Source: a virus. From it: a stretch of DNA of 64,000 nucleotides. Each line of letters begins with the position of its first letter. Position 1 is the stretch's first letter. Where the stretch lies: IMG/VR virus record IMGVR_UViG_3300037961_005793, positions 1 to 64,000 of that record. One strand, 5' to 3'. A program made the translations under genes and the position numbers. Positions 55,570 through 64,000 of the stretch are shown here, one piece after another. The notes under the pieces are model-generated. The model was not told the origin of the DNA. It searched no databases and saw only the letters and a list, made by a program, of their open reading frames with translations.

Positions 55570-56013
55570 ATGTATGCTTTAAATAGTTCTCACTTTCTAA
55601 AAGTGAACAGTCTCACAAAAAATTACCAGTGGATAAACGAGCTTGGTAATAAGTATGGAGACTATGCGTGTGACAGTGAACTAAAAGGTTGGCTAACAAT
55701 CTGTTTGCTGAGCGATGAATTTGATGTGATGAGTATGTCCTTCGAGAGTTTCATCGTCACTTATGTTTCATCGTCTGAGTTGTTTAATGTGATAAACCTT
55801 ACTACAGAGGACATTACAGATAAGGAGAAGACAGTACTGATTGATAAACACATCATTAAAAATTTCGGAGTGTCTAACCTCAAGGAGTTACGTAAAAGCA
55901 CTCTGTGCTCTACATGCGATATATGCACATTAATAGACGATATTGAGAGTGACATACGAGGTTGCTTTGTAGTTGACGGAATGTTCAAGAACCGTAAGCT
56001 GACTGGCAGTTGA
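55570..56013 (+). CDS. Hypothetical protein
   Basis: 147 aa, AT-rich. Confidence 0.55.
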   Translation: MYALNSSHFLKVNSLTKNYQWINELGNKYGDYACDSELKGWLTICLLSDEFDVMSMSFESFIVTYVSSSELFNVINLTTEDITDKEKTVLIDKHIIKNFGVSNLKELRKSTLCSTCDICTLIDDIESDIRGCFVVDGMFKNRKLTGS

Positions 56014-56024
56014 ACTTTTTTTCA

Positions 56025-56813
56025 ATGAATGTCCAATTCAATCTGAATGGAATCAGTTTGAAACAATCTGAAGCTGAGACACTGCTTGCCACAGCAGGTA
56101 CTCCTTCAATCCAGCTTGACATCGGCAAGTACTTGAGCAAAGGGCAAGTAAGCGTTAAGAAGCTATTCGATCTAAGCATTGAAAAGCAACGTCCTGAACT
56201 CGCTGCTCTTGCGGCCAAGCTTGCGATCCAAGCTCCCGCACATCAGCAAGACTTTCCAGAACCTAAAGCACGTCAGCGCAGAAAAGGAATTCGACGTCTT
56301 CATGAAATTGAGGCTACGGATGCTCCGGCGATCGAGTGTCTTGACTATCTCCTAACTCATAAGAAGCTTGGCTCGATCGGAGCGGCGATGATTATTGAGG
56401 CTGTAGGGAGCGGACGACCAACAACTCTGCGCGACATTGCGGTCATGCAAGTAAACAAAGCGTGGAACAAAGGAATTACTGAGCACTCCACGATCTTTAG
56501 AGGCTTCGAGGACGACGGTAAATCTTTTGTCCCGATTGTGACCCGTGCAGAAAAGGGAGGTACTACTTTTCACGCCTCTCCGTTGTACAACGCTTTGCGA
56601 GAAGGGTTGAAGTACCTAGTGAAGAATGGCCTCGCTGAGGCGACGGCAAAAACGAGCTGGGGCTCTGACGACAAGGAGCTTACCGAGAACGAGAAACAGC
56701 TTTGTAGAACCGTCTACGAAGTCAACCTCAGCAGCAAAGGAAAGGAGCTTAATGAGATCTGGGGAGACGCTGAGAAGTTTATTTACTCTTATTGGGAAGA
56801 GCGAGTGGTCTGA
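56025..56813 (+). CDS. Hypothetical protein, possible winged-helix fold
   Basis: LYNALREGLKYLVKNGL...VYEVNLSSKGKE. Confidence 0.6.
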   Translation: MNVQFNLNGISLKQSEAETLLATAGTPSIQLDIGKYLSKGQVSVKKLFDLSIEKQRPELAALAAKLAIQAPAHQQDFPEPKARQRRKGIRRLHEIEATDAPAIECLDYLLTHKKLGSIGAAMIIEAVGSGRPTTLRDIAVMQVNKAWNKGITEHSTIFRGFEDDGKSFVPIVTRAEKGGTTFHASPLYNALREGLKYLVKNGLAEATAKTSWGSDDKELTENEKQLCRTVYEVNLSSKGKELNEIWGDAEKFIYSYWEERVV

Positions 56814-56832
56814 CAAAAGCGGACTAACATTC

Positions 56833-56861
56833 AGGGGCTGCGACGGAAGCAGCCCTTTTTT
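56833..56861 (+). terminator. Rho-independent terminator
   Basis: GGGGCTGC-N7-GCAGCCCT then a T-tract. Confidence 0.75.
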
Positions 56862-56867
56862 AATGCC

Positions 56868-58763
56868 ATGCAACTTCGCTACATAACCACGCGGGACCAG
56901 CTCGAACAAGCCTTCACAGAGTTGTGGACAATCCCCAAGCTTTGCTTAGACACGGAAACTACAGGACTAGACGCAAGAGTTTGTGACGTTCGTCTTCTTC
57001 AACTTTGTACGACCCAGGCAGATGTAGAAGACCGTGTGGTTTATGTTATTGATTTATTCAAATGCAAAGACATCGATGGTTTGAAAGCGTTGATCGAATC
57101 ACGCGAAATGATTCTGGGACACAACCTGAACTTTGATCTCCAGTTCTTACTTCAATTAGGTATCGACTTTAAACACAAAATATTTGACACATTTATAGCC
57201 GAACGTTGTTTAGTAGCTGGTTCCAAAGAAAAGAAAGTGTCTCCGAAAACTGAGAAGGTTTTCTTCGGGGAAATCAGCTGTTCCCTCAAGGCAGTTGTTG
57301 ATAGGAGATTGAATTTAGAAATCTCAAAAGAACAACAAGTTTCGGACTGGAGCAAGCTTGACTTAGATATCGAACAGATCGAATACGCAGCAAAGGACGT
57401 AGATATCCTCCCACAGGTTGCGAAGATTCAATTAGCTGAACTGGCTTCTGAAAACCTAGTTGAGGTCTACAGTTTAGAGAGTAAGGTCATACGACCAGTG
57501 GCGTTAATGTGTCACTATGGTTTTGGTGTAGATGTCAGTAAAGTAAGAGAACTAAAAGCCAAGAAGCAGCAAGAACTTGACAGAGCGACTAAATTGTTCT
57601 GTGAGTCTCTTGATGATCGACTTCCTGATGGATTCAAATTACCGAGACAGGATGACGGATCTATCGCCGTGGGAAAGAACGCTAAAAAGGAATTTAATCC
57701 TGGATCAAATATTCAATGCGTCAAATACTTCAACCAAATCGGCACTGCTTTACCAATTGATGATCGAACAGGAAAACAGACACTGTCGCAGGTAGCTCTT
57801 TCAGAGTTTGACAGCGAAGATATTACGCTCAATCTCCTCAGAAAGAGAACAAAAATTGAGACAGCCTTAGCTCACGTTGAAAAAATTCTTGACAACATAA
57901 ACCCCATATCAGACCGAATGCACAGTGGGTACAACACCTACGGAGCAAACAGCGGAAGATTTACAAGCTCAGGATCTAAAAGAGTCACTGGCAAAAAGAA
58001 AAAAGAAACTTGGGGCATCAACATTCAACAAGTTCCAAGAGATAAAGAATTTAGAGAGTGCTTTGTACCGACGCCTGGTTACAAATTTATAATCGCTGAC
58101 TACTCGCAGATCGAATTACGACTGGCAGCAGAGCTTGTAAACATCCCCCAAATGATCAAAGCTTTCAACGAAGGGTTAGATTTACACAGTCTTACAGCGA
58201 GTCTCATTTACCATGTTGAGATTGACAAAGTTGAAAAGCAGCAACGTCAAATGGGCAAGACTTTGAACTTTGCATTGTTGTACGGCATGGGGTTCAGAAA
58301 ATACAAAACATATAGTGCTCAGTCAGGGAATATAATCACCTTGAGTGAAGCGAAGACTGCTCACGCTGGTTTCCACAGGGCGTACCCTCGACTAAGGGAG
58401 TGGCACAGAGAACGGAGTGCCATGGTGGATGACGGTTGGACATATGTAAGGACTCCCATCGGTCGCAGAAGGCTGTTGAGTTACGACGATGCAACAATGA
58501 GTGCGTGTGCAAACACCTTGATACAAGGTGCTGGTGCAGATATTTTAAAGATAGCAATTGCAAATCTAGGTAAGCATGTGAATCAAAAGTTTAGACCTAT
58601 AGCCACAGTTCACGATGAGCTAATCTTCGAGGCACTGGAAGAGAAAGCAGAAGAGTATAAGGTGATACTGGAGACAGAAATGAAAGAGGCTGCTTTGTCG
58701 GTTCTCCGTAAGGTCCCAGTAAAATGCGATGCTAACGTTGCCGAATCCTGGGCCGAAAAGTAA
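56868..58763 (+). CDS. polA: Family A DNA polymerase with 3'-5' exonuclease
   Basis: DTETTGL, HNLNFD, YAAKD; DYSQIELR; RQMGKTLNFALLYG (Phe at the 762-equivalent position); VHDE. Confidence 0.95.
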   Translation: MQLRYITTRDQLEQAFTELWTIPKLCLDTETTGLDARVCDVRLLQLCTTQADVEDRVVYVIDLFKCKDIDGLKALIESREMILGHNLNFDLQFLLQLGIDFKHKIFDTFIAERCLVAGSKEKKVSPKTEKVFFGEISCSLKAVVDRRLNLEISKEQQVSDWSKLDLDIEQIEYAAKDVDILPQVAKIQLAELASENLVEVYSLESKVIRPVALMCHYGFGVDVSKVRELKAKKQQELDRATKLFCESLDDRLPDGFKLPRQDDGSIAVGKNAKKEFNPGSNIQCVKYFNQIGTALPIDDRTGKQTLSQVALSEFDSEDITLNLLRKRTKIETALAHVEKILDNINPISDRMHSGYNTYGANSGRFTSSGSKRVTGKKKKETWGINIQQVPRDKEFRECFVPTPGYKFIIADYSQIELRLAAELVNIPQMIKAFNEGLDLHSLTASLIYHVEIDKVEKQQRQMGKTLNFALLYGMGFRKYKTYSAQSGNIITLSEAKTAHAGFHRAYPRLREWHRERSAMVDDGWTYVRTPIGRRRLLSYDDATMSACANTLIQGAGADILKIAIANLGKHVNQKFRPIATVHDELIFEALEEKAEEYKVILETEMKEAALSVLRKVPVKCDANVAESWAEK

Positions 58764-59281
58764 TGCTGACTGTATGGCTGCCTGAATCCAAGGGCAAAGA
58801 GGTGTTCACCGCTAAAACAGACAGCGGTTATGTGGGTTGCGTACAAACCAACGAGTGTTTCTTGATGACAACCAAATTTTTTGACAAACCATTAGAAGCA
58901 GCGAATGCTGCACGAAAACTGAAAAAACAAATGAAAGAAAAAGGTTCTTTAACAGCTACAGTACAAGTAAAAACTGTAAAAGATAAGACAAAATTAAAAT
59001 CACATGTAAAGTTAACAGGTCGTTTGTACACCCAGTACGACACAGAAGCTATGCCTTTGCTTAGTTTCCAGGAAATTTGGGTTCTTACGCATCCGAAAGG
59101 ATATGTATACGACTGTCTAAATCAAAAAAAGAAACAACTTGTTGCTTTTACATCTGACAGGGAAAAAGCTAAGCGTTTTAAAAGCCACGAGGAGGCATGT
59201 AGGATCATGCGTACGCTCAAAGGAGTAGTTGGTCCAGGGTTTAACCTCACACGTTTTTATATCAAACTAGATAGTGATTAG
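58763..59281 (+). CDS. Basic hypothetical protein
   Basis: 172 aa, TAATG overlap. Confidence 0.65.
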   Translation: MLTVWLPESKGKEVFTAKTDSGYVGCVQTNECFLMTTKFFDKPLEAANAARKLKKQMKEKGSLTATVQVKTVKDKTKLKSHVKLTGRLYTQYDTEAMPLLSFQEIWVLTHPKGYVYDCLNQKKKQLVAFTSDREKAKRFKSHEEACRIMRTLKGVVGPGFNLTRFYIKLDSD

Positions 59282-59319
59282 AATTATTGGGTATAAAAAG
59301 ACAGCTGGGTTTAGGTTCG

Positions 59320-61149
59320 ATGAAATTTGCGCCAGGTACACCTAGATCTGTAGCCGAAGCTGCGTTAATTAGAGCTGGATATCCTGCGCCAAGAAGACCA
59401 GGACCGAAAAGTTTTGTTATGGACACTAGGGGGGTTGACCCTGGTTCTTATGATGCTTTTCCTCGTGCTACCGACTATGCACCTGGTGTGTCTGCGCCTA
59501 AGACGCCTAAGAAGAACAACTATGGCACGGCGATTGATCTGCCTCCAGGTTCGGCAATAACGCAAGTCTTTTTAGACAGTGATCGAGATGGTGTTGATGA
59601 TCGATTTCAAACTGGTCCTGGTATGCCTGATTCGCGTGGTGTAAAACCACCAGGAAAAACTATAATTGACAAAGGTACGAGTAACAACCGATCCATGTCT
59701 TCCTCATATCGGTCAGTAAAAGATAGTGGGTTTGATCCGGCTGCTTACGGTAATCCCGATATTGGTCTGAAAGATGTCTACGAACTGCGGAAACGCGGTT
59801 TTAATCGGAAAGAAATTCAAGATTACGTTGATTATAAGAAAAAAGGAGGAATGAATATCGGTGCGAGAGTCCAGGGCGGCTTATCGCTGATGGGTACTCA
59901 AGGCGATAAGAAAGGATCGATCGCTGACTCCGGGTACAGTTATAAAGATTTTGGTGACGGCAAGGGCGTTGGCTTCCACGACCTCGTGGAACTCACCGGA
60001 CGAGGCTACGGAAAACAAGCAATCTCAGATTATATTGAGGGGCAGCGAAAACAAGGCACCACTATCGGCGGAGCAGTTTCCGACTTGATGGGTTTGGTGG
60101 GACCAGTCGGAGGGAGAGATAAAAAACCTGAAACTCCTGTTACTCCTACCCCGACTCCGACTAAAGTTGTAAACAAGGAAGTCTCGTCCGGAAATAAAGG
60201 ACAAGGTGCTGGAAGCACAGTTGATAACAGGATCAACATAAAAGCCGCTCCTGCGATGAAAGCACCTGCTGCAGCCCCAATGGCAGGCGCAAAGTTTGGC
60301 TTAGCTCCCACAGAAGTGGTTGAGCAAACTCGCGGTCGTGGCTATGGGTTGACATATAGCCCTCAACAGAGAGACGCACAGACCGTTAAATACGGTGGTG
60401 GTCCTCAGAACGTCATCAACTTCAACCCAAATATGGTCCAACAGGCCAACCCCAACATTAACGTTGCGGGTTCTAAGGCTATCAATAAACCGACCACGAC
60501 AAATACAAACATTACCGAAAGTGGTAAAGGTGGTATTGACTATGCCCCTGGTGGTAGTGGAGGAAGCGGTGGCGGCGGTGGCGGTGGAGGAACCGCACCC
60601 GGAAGCGGTGGCGGCGGTGGCGGTGGAGGAACCGCACCCGGAAGCGGTGGCGGCGGTAACCAACCTGGCGCTGGTGGCGGTAACCAACCTGGCGCTGGTG
60701 GCGGTAACCAACCTGGCGGCGGTGGCGGTAACCAACCTGGCGGCGGTGGCGGTAAAAACTACCGAAAGAAGATGAACCGCTACATGCGGACGTTTGACCG
60801 TACTGCAGAAGGAGCCGGTTCCAAGAAAGGGACTGATCGTTTCAGTGCTAAAGACATCCGCACGATGTTTAAGGCTGGTCGGAAAAGGGGTGGCAGCAAA
60901 AAGCAAGTCGCAAGAGACGTTCTTGCTTATGCACGTCGCAACCGTAAGAAGACCAAAATGGGTGGTAAGGCCAAGGCTCAGCTTGACAAGCTGCAGAGGA
61001 TGCTGGGCGCGAGGAGGAAAGAGGAGAAGAAACGTAAGTCAATGACCGCTAAACAACAGCGGAAATTAGATCGGAAGCAACGCAAGCGGGCGAAGAAGAA
61101 GGTCCGGAAGTACCTGAAGCGTCGTCGCAACAAGCGGAAGAACCGCTGA
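59320..61149 (+). CDS. Gly-rich repeat protein with an extremely basic C-terminus
   Basis: Frame open from 59287; TAGAAT at 59279; internal repeats; K/R tail. Confidence 0.75.
   Translation: MKFAPGTPRSVAEAALIRAGYPAPRRPGPKSFVMDTRGVDPGSYDAFPRATDYAPGVSAPKTPKKNNYGTAIDLPPGSAITQVFLDSDRDGVDDRFQTGPGMPDSRGVKPPGKTIIDKGTSNNRSMSSSYRSVKDSGFDPAAYGNPDIGLKDVYELRKRGFNRKEIQDYVDYKKKGGMNIGARVQGGLSLMGTQGDKKGSIADSGYSYKDFGDGKGVGFHDLVELTGRGYGKQAISDYIEGQRKQGTTIGGAVSDLMGLVGPVGGRDKKPETPVTPTPTPTKVVNKEVSSGNKGQGAGSTVDNRINIKAAPAMKAPAAAPMAGAKFGLAPTEVVEQTRGRGYGLTYSPQQRDAQTVKYGGGPQNVINFNPNMVQQANPNINVAGSKAINKPTTTNTNITESGKGGIDYAPGGSGGSGGGGGGGGTAPGSGGGGGGGGTAPGSGGGGNQPGAGGGNQPGAGGGNQPGGGGGNQPGGGGGKNYRKKMNRYMRTFDRTAEGAGSKKGTDRFSAKDIRTMFKAGRKRGGSKKQVARDVLAYARRNRKKTKMGGKAKAQLDKLQRMLGARRKEEKKRKSMTAKQQRKLDRKQRKRAKKKVRKYLKRRRNKRKNR
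60562..60753 (+). repeat. In-frame coding tandem repeats (2.5 x 39 nt; 4 x 24 nt)
   Basis: Encode GSGGGGGGGGTAP and NQPG[AG]GGG. Confidence 0.95.
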
Positions 61150-61164
61150 ACGAGGTAAAAGATT

Positions 61165-61281
61165 ATGAAAAACTTTCTAACTGAGCTTAAGTTCTGGATT
61201 AATCTTTACCGCGTAGTTAAGCGAATGGATGCTGAGGAGAGAGCGAATCTCCTCAGTTTTCCATCAAACGATGTTTACTGA
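61165..61281 (+). CDS. Small hypothetical peptide
   Basis: MKNFLTELKFWINLYRVVKRMDAEER...; GAGG RBS. Confidence 0.5.
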   Translation: MKNFLTELKFWINLYRVVKRMDAEERANLLSFPSNDVY

Positions 61282-61846
61282 GAACTATCAAGTCTCATTC
61301 ACTCGTTCAAACAAAACAATAAAGCTTGCTGTCACAGCTCAGGATGTTGCCCACGCGCAGGCGCAAGCTTTAGACATAACCAGGAGTCTCGAAGCTGACA
61401 AGTTCGAGCTGGGTTATGGTGCTTGTAAAAACAGTCAGTTAAGTGACCTATACAAAAAACTAGCGTACAACGACTTTAGTCACGACCATTGTTACGAATG
61501 GGAGAGTTCTTTAACTAATGGTGTGCCTTCTGTATACGCATTTGGAAGAAGGTATTATGTAAGACCTTTGATACTAGGTTATTTAGATATTCAAAAAGAT
61601 CAAATAGTAAAAAACACATGCGGTAATACAAAGTGCATCAACCCATACCATAATCATTACATGCATTTCAAAAACTCAAAACTTGGTGGCGGGGACATGC
61701 AGATCGCCCTAGCATTCCGAAGCCAAGGCGTGTCTGTTCCGCAGATCGCCAAGGTGCTTAAAGTCCACCGCTCAACGATTTACAGAGCCCTAAAAAATGA
61801 ACGTCTTCTTATTGGGGATAAGGGTCACCGACAAGGCGATCCTTGA
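61271..61846 (+). CDS. Degenerate HNH plus C-terminal HTH protein
   Basis: CYEW...VKNTCGNTKCINPYH; GVSVPQIAKVLKVHRSTIYRAL. Confidence 0.75.
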   Translation: MFTENYQVSFTRSNKTIKLAVTAQDVAHAQAQALDITRSLEADKFELGYGACKNSQLSDLYKKLAYNDFSHDHCYEWESSLTNGVPSVYAFGRRYYVRPLILGYLDIQKDQIVKNTCGNTKCINPYHNHYMHFKNSKLGGGDMQIALAFRSQGVSVPQIAKVLKVHRSTIYRALKNERLLIGDKGHRQGDP

Positions 61847-62444
61847 AGACGGCAAAGCCAACGTCATCGCGGAAGCTCTGCCATCTTCAAACAAACGTGT
61901 CTCAACTAAAGTCCAACTAATCCAAAAAGCTGACCACTACGTAGGAAAGCTCCTTCAAGACCTTCAAGAAAAGCAGGAAGTTCTTGCACTGGGTCCTGTA
62001 AAACCCACGCCGGATGGTGTGTTGGTAATGCAGCCTATGCTTGTTATCAGCAAAGAAAACTTCTCTGACCTTCTCGCCGTCAATGCCTTCATGGCATGCG
62101 GAGGTCTTGGACCAAAGTCTCAAGAAAATGAAGTAGGAGAATCGACCGTCACCAATCGCTCGATTGCGTGGCAGATTCCAGGTGAAACTGAGACGAATTG
62201 GTTCAAGCTCACAGCGTGGAACGAACTATCGACTCAGTTAGCCGAACTTCCCAACGGCACGCCAACTATTGCAGTGGGTCGTGTAAGCACGAGCGAAAAA
62301 GAAAACAAGCAGTACCTGAACTACCAAGCTGACCAAATTCTTTATCTACCTAAGGGCACGAAGTCCGCGCCCAAAAAGGCTGCCGATCCTGAGAAAGGTC
62401 AAGTGGCAGCAGCGGCTCTCGGTTCAATCGACTTTAACCTCTGA
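61797..62444 (+). CDS. ssb: Single-stranded DNA-binding protein, probably two OB folds
   Basis: TNWFKLTAWNELS...AVGRV; C-terminal IDFNL. Confidence 0.7.
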   Translation: MNVFLLGIRVTDKAILEDGKANVIAEALPSSNKRVSTKVQLIQKADHYVGKLLQDLQEKQEVLALGPVKPTPDGVLVMQPMLVISKENFSDLLAVNAFMACGGLGPKSQENEVGESTVTNRSIAWQIPGETETNWFKLTAWNELSTQLAELPNGTPTIAVGRVSTSEKENKQYLNYQADQILYLPKGTKSAPKKAADPEKGQVAAAALGSIDFNL

Positions 62445-62446
62445 TC

Positions 62447-63256
62447 ATGGTATTTATCGCAGGCAAGTTTGCGGCAGATGAAATTCTCTGCCAAGTCCCT
62501 CCGCACACTCTCCGAATCGATCTGCAGCAACGCAGGTGGAAGAGTGATAACGATCCCGATCAAGCGATCACAGACTCGAACGACAATGGGATCCCTATCG
62601 AGTTTATTCTCCTCGGGTTTACTCCCTTCTACGGAAACCTTGGAATGCGTTCCCACGAGGAGTTCATTCGGATTGCATACATTGGTGTTTCTCCTTCGCA
62701 CCGTCTGCTTCCTCCTCGATGTGTTTCAACTAGCGTTATATCCGGTAAGAGTAGTCAAAAGAATTTCATCTCATATTTCCAGACGCTTTACAACAACCGT
62801 ATCAACGTTGCGGAAGTTGTGACTGCGACTAAATTTGTGCAACGTAGCTTCACTCAAACCGACCCTGTGTCGGGAGCTGACGTCGGTAAGGTCAATTACA
62901 ATGTCCTAGAGTTTTCTGATCGTCCAGTAAACGGCGACGATGAAGAAAACCTGGTTAAAGACATTGCGACTTGGCTTACCGGAGACGGAGGAGAGCTGGT
63001 TTCAGCTTCACTTCGTAGTCATATCTCCGGTGCGAATCTGGTTGAGCTACCTCTCGGAACAGACCACGAGGAGATTAAAAATGCTTTTAACGAAGCTCAT
63101 CCAAAACTGGAGGGTTCTAAGGCGCAAGGTCTTAGCGCTCTTCCTGCTGGAGCGGGCGAACCTAAAGCGGCTCCTCCAGAACCTAAGTCAGACAAACCTA
63201 AGGAATTGACTAAGGAACAAAAGGAGGCGCTCAAAGCAGCCGGTTTAGAAGTATGA
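62447..63256 (+). CDS. Conserved hypothetical replication/recombination protein
   Basis: 269 aa directly after the SSB gene. Confidence 0.6.
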   Translation: MVFIAGKFAADEILCQVPPHTLRIDLQQRRWKSDNDPDQAITDSNDNGIPIEFILLGFTPFYGNLGMRSHEEFIRIAYIGVSPSHRLLPPRCVSTSVISGKSSQKNFISYFQTLYNNRINVAEVVTATKFVQRSFTQTDPVSGADVGKVNYNVLEFSDRPVNGDDEENLVKDIATWLTGDGGELVSASLRSHISGANLVELPLGTDHEEIKNAFNEAHPKLEGSKAQGLSALPAGAGEPKAAPPEPKSDKPKELTKEQKEALKAAGLEV

Positions 63257-63295
63257 TCTGACCGGGCGTCGAGCCTTCTGATGTTCGGGGTTTTG

Positions 63296-63324
63296 AGACG
63301 GGTGTTTGCAGCACCCGTCTTTTT
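63296..63324 (+). terminator. Rho-independent terminator
   Basis: AGACGGGTG...CACCCGTCT then TTTT. Confidence 0.75.
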
Positions 63325-63562
63325 ATTTGCCCAGAAGTTTTGCTATCGACGGAAGGGGATAACCCTCTGAGGCAACGTACCGAGCAAGCTCTTTAAACAG
63401 TTGCTTCTGCACTAAATAATTTGCATGAAGGAGATCTATAATTTCATGTAACTCATCTGCATCTCTCAGCTGTCTCGTTTTATTCATAAATTTATGGTGG
63501 TAGAACTCTGATTCCACAGCCATATAATCCCTTAAGCGACCGACAAGATCTTCAGATTCCAT
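63323..63562 (-). CDS. nblA: Second NblA-like protein
   Basis: MAVESEF..KF...QL...ELHEIIDLLHANYLVQKQLFKEL follows the NblA two-helix pattern. Confidence 0.55.
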   Translation of the reverse strand: MESEDLVGRLRDYMAVESEFYHHKFMNKTRQLRDADELHEIIDLLHANYLVQKQLFKELARYVASEGYPLPSIAKLLGK

Positions 63563-64000
63563 GAGCTTTTATCAGGTCCCTCAACAGATTTTAAACCCGG
63601 TCCTCGATCTCAGGATCTTAAGTGGAAGAATCGTATTACCAACAGACCTCGATAAGGGTCTTGCAAAGCAACTTACGAGTGCGGGATTTGACGATCTTGT
63701 AAGCGCAGACGAGTACTCCAACCACATTGACAGATCTTGGTGGCAAGGTCTACCACCTTTTGACTGGACAATCGCCATTACACAAGGCATGGGTGAATCC
63801 ATCGATTGGATTCTTGAACCAGGGTACGAGCTTTCGAAAAAGGGTCTTATAGTTCTTGACAGGATTACTTTCTTGGAACCAACGAGGAAAAGGTTTAACT
63901 TTCTTCAGAAACGACCTTTAAGCAACCTAGTAATTTTAAACCCAAGACCTGAATTCCGTGCGGATCAGAGAAAGTCAAAAGACTCTGTGACTTCTGCGTG
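63561..64000 (+). CDS. DNA methyltransferase-like protein with degenerate motifs, runs off the window edge
   Basis: MSFYQVP...DWTIAITQG...LDRITFLEPTRKR...PRPEF...DSVTSA; no NPPF motif. Confidence 0.6.
   Translation, partial: MSFYQVPQQILNPVLDLRILSGRIVLPTDLDKGLAKQLTSAGFDDLVSADEYSNHIDRSWWQGLPPFDWTIAITQGMGESIDWILEPGYELSKKGLIVLDRITFLEPTRKRFNFLQKRPLSNLVILNPRPEFRADQRKSKDSVTSA

Noticed and set aside
60562-60753. Possible CRISPR-like array
   Set aside because: Contiguous in-frame repeats without spacers, encoding Gly linkers; no cas genes seen
1-64000. Integrase, reverse transcriptase/DGR, introns or inteins in polA/terL, psbA/hli genes
   Set aside because: No such motifs seen; polA and terL are uninterrupted and of ordinary length. 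Such genes could lie outside the window.

Overview
A 64-kb segment of a tailed dsDNA phage genome, most likely a (marine) cyanophage. It has two NblA-like genes, a DUF4278-like YRG peptide, a cyanobacterial boxA-like element and several small gene families typical of cyanophages. From memory the gene set resembles S-EIV1-like phages; this needs a database check. Positions 1-43.5 kb are mostly minus-strand late genes: tail fibres, major capsid protein, scaffold, portal, large terminase, a lambda-type lysozyme fusion and many low-complexity putative internal virion proteins. These are interleaved with a glycosyltransferase/methyltransferase set, Dps and tRNA-Leu(TAA). A 1.1-kb non-coding, densely structured region at 44.0-45.1 kb precedes plus-strand early/middle genes: small ORFs, dCTP deaminase, a DUF3150-like/RavA-like AAA+/ViaA-like vWA module, family A DNA polymerase and an SSB-like gene. 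The most notable unexplained signals are: (1) a ~600-nt run of structured RNA domains behind an early promoter, plus a second pseudoknotted RNA at 6.3 kb; (2) a 494-nt dual-coding overlap of portal and scaffold; (3) a probable virion glycosylation system around the packaging genes; (4) a recurring R-[MLIQ]-A-G peptide and a shared acidic/basic paralogous domain among late proteins; (5) pairs of catalytically degenerate HNH and DNA-methyltransferase folds; (6) two divergent NblA-like genes. All calls come from manual reading; no searches or folding programs were run.
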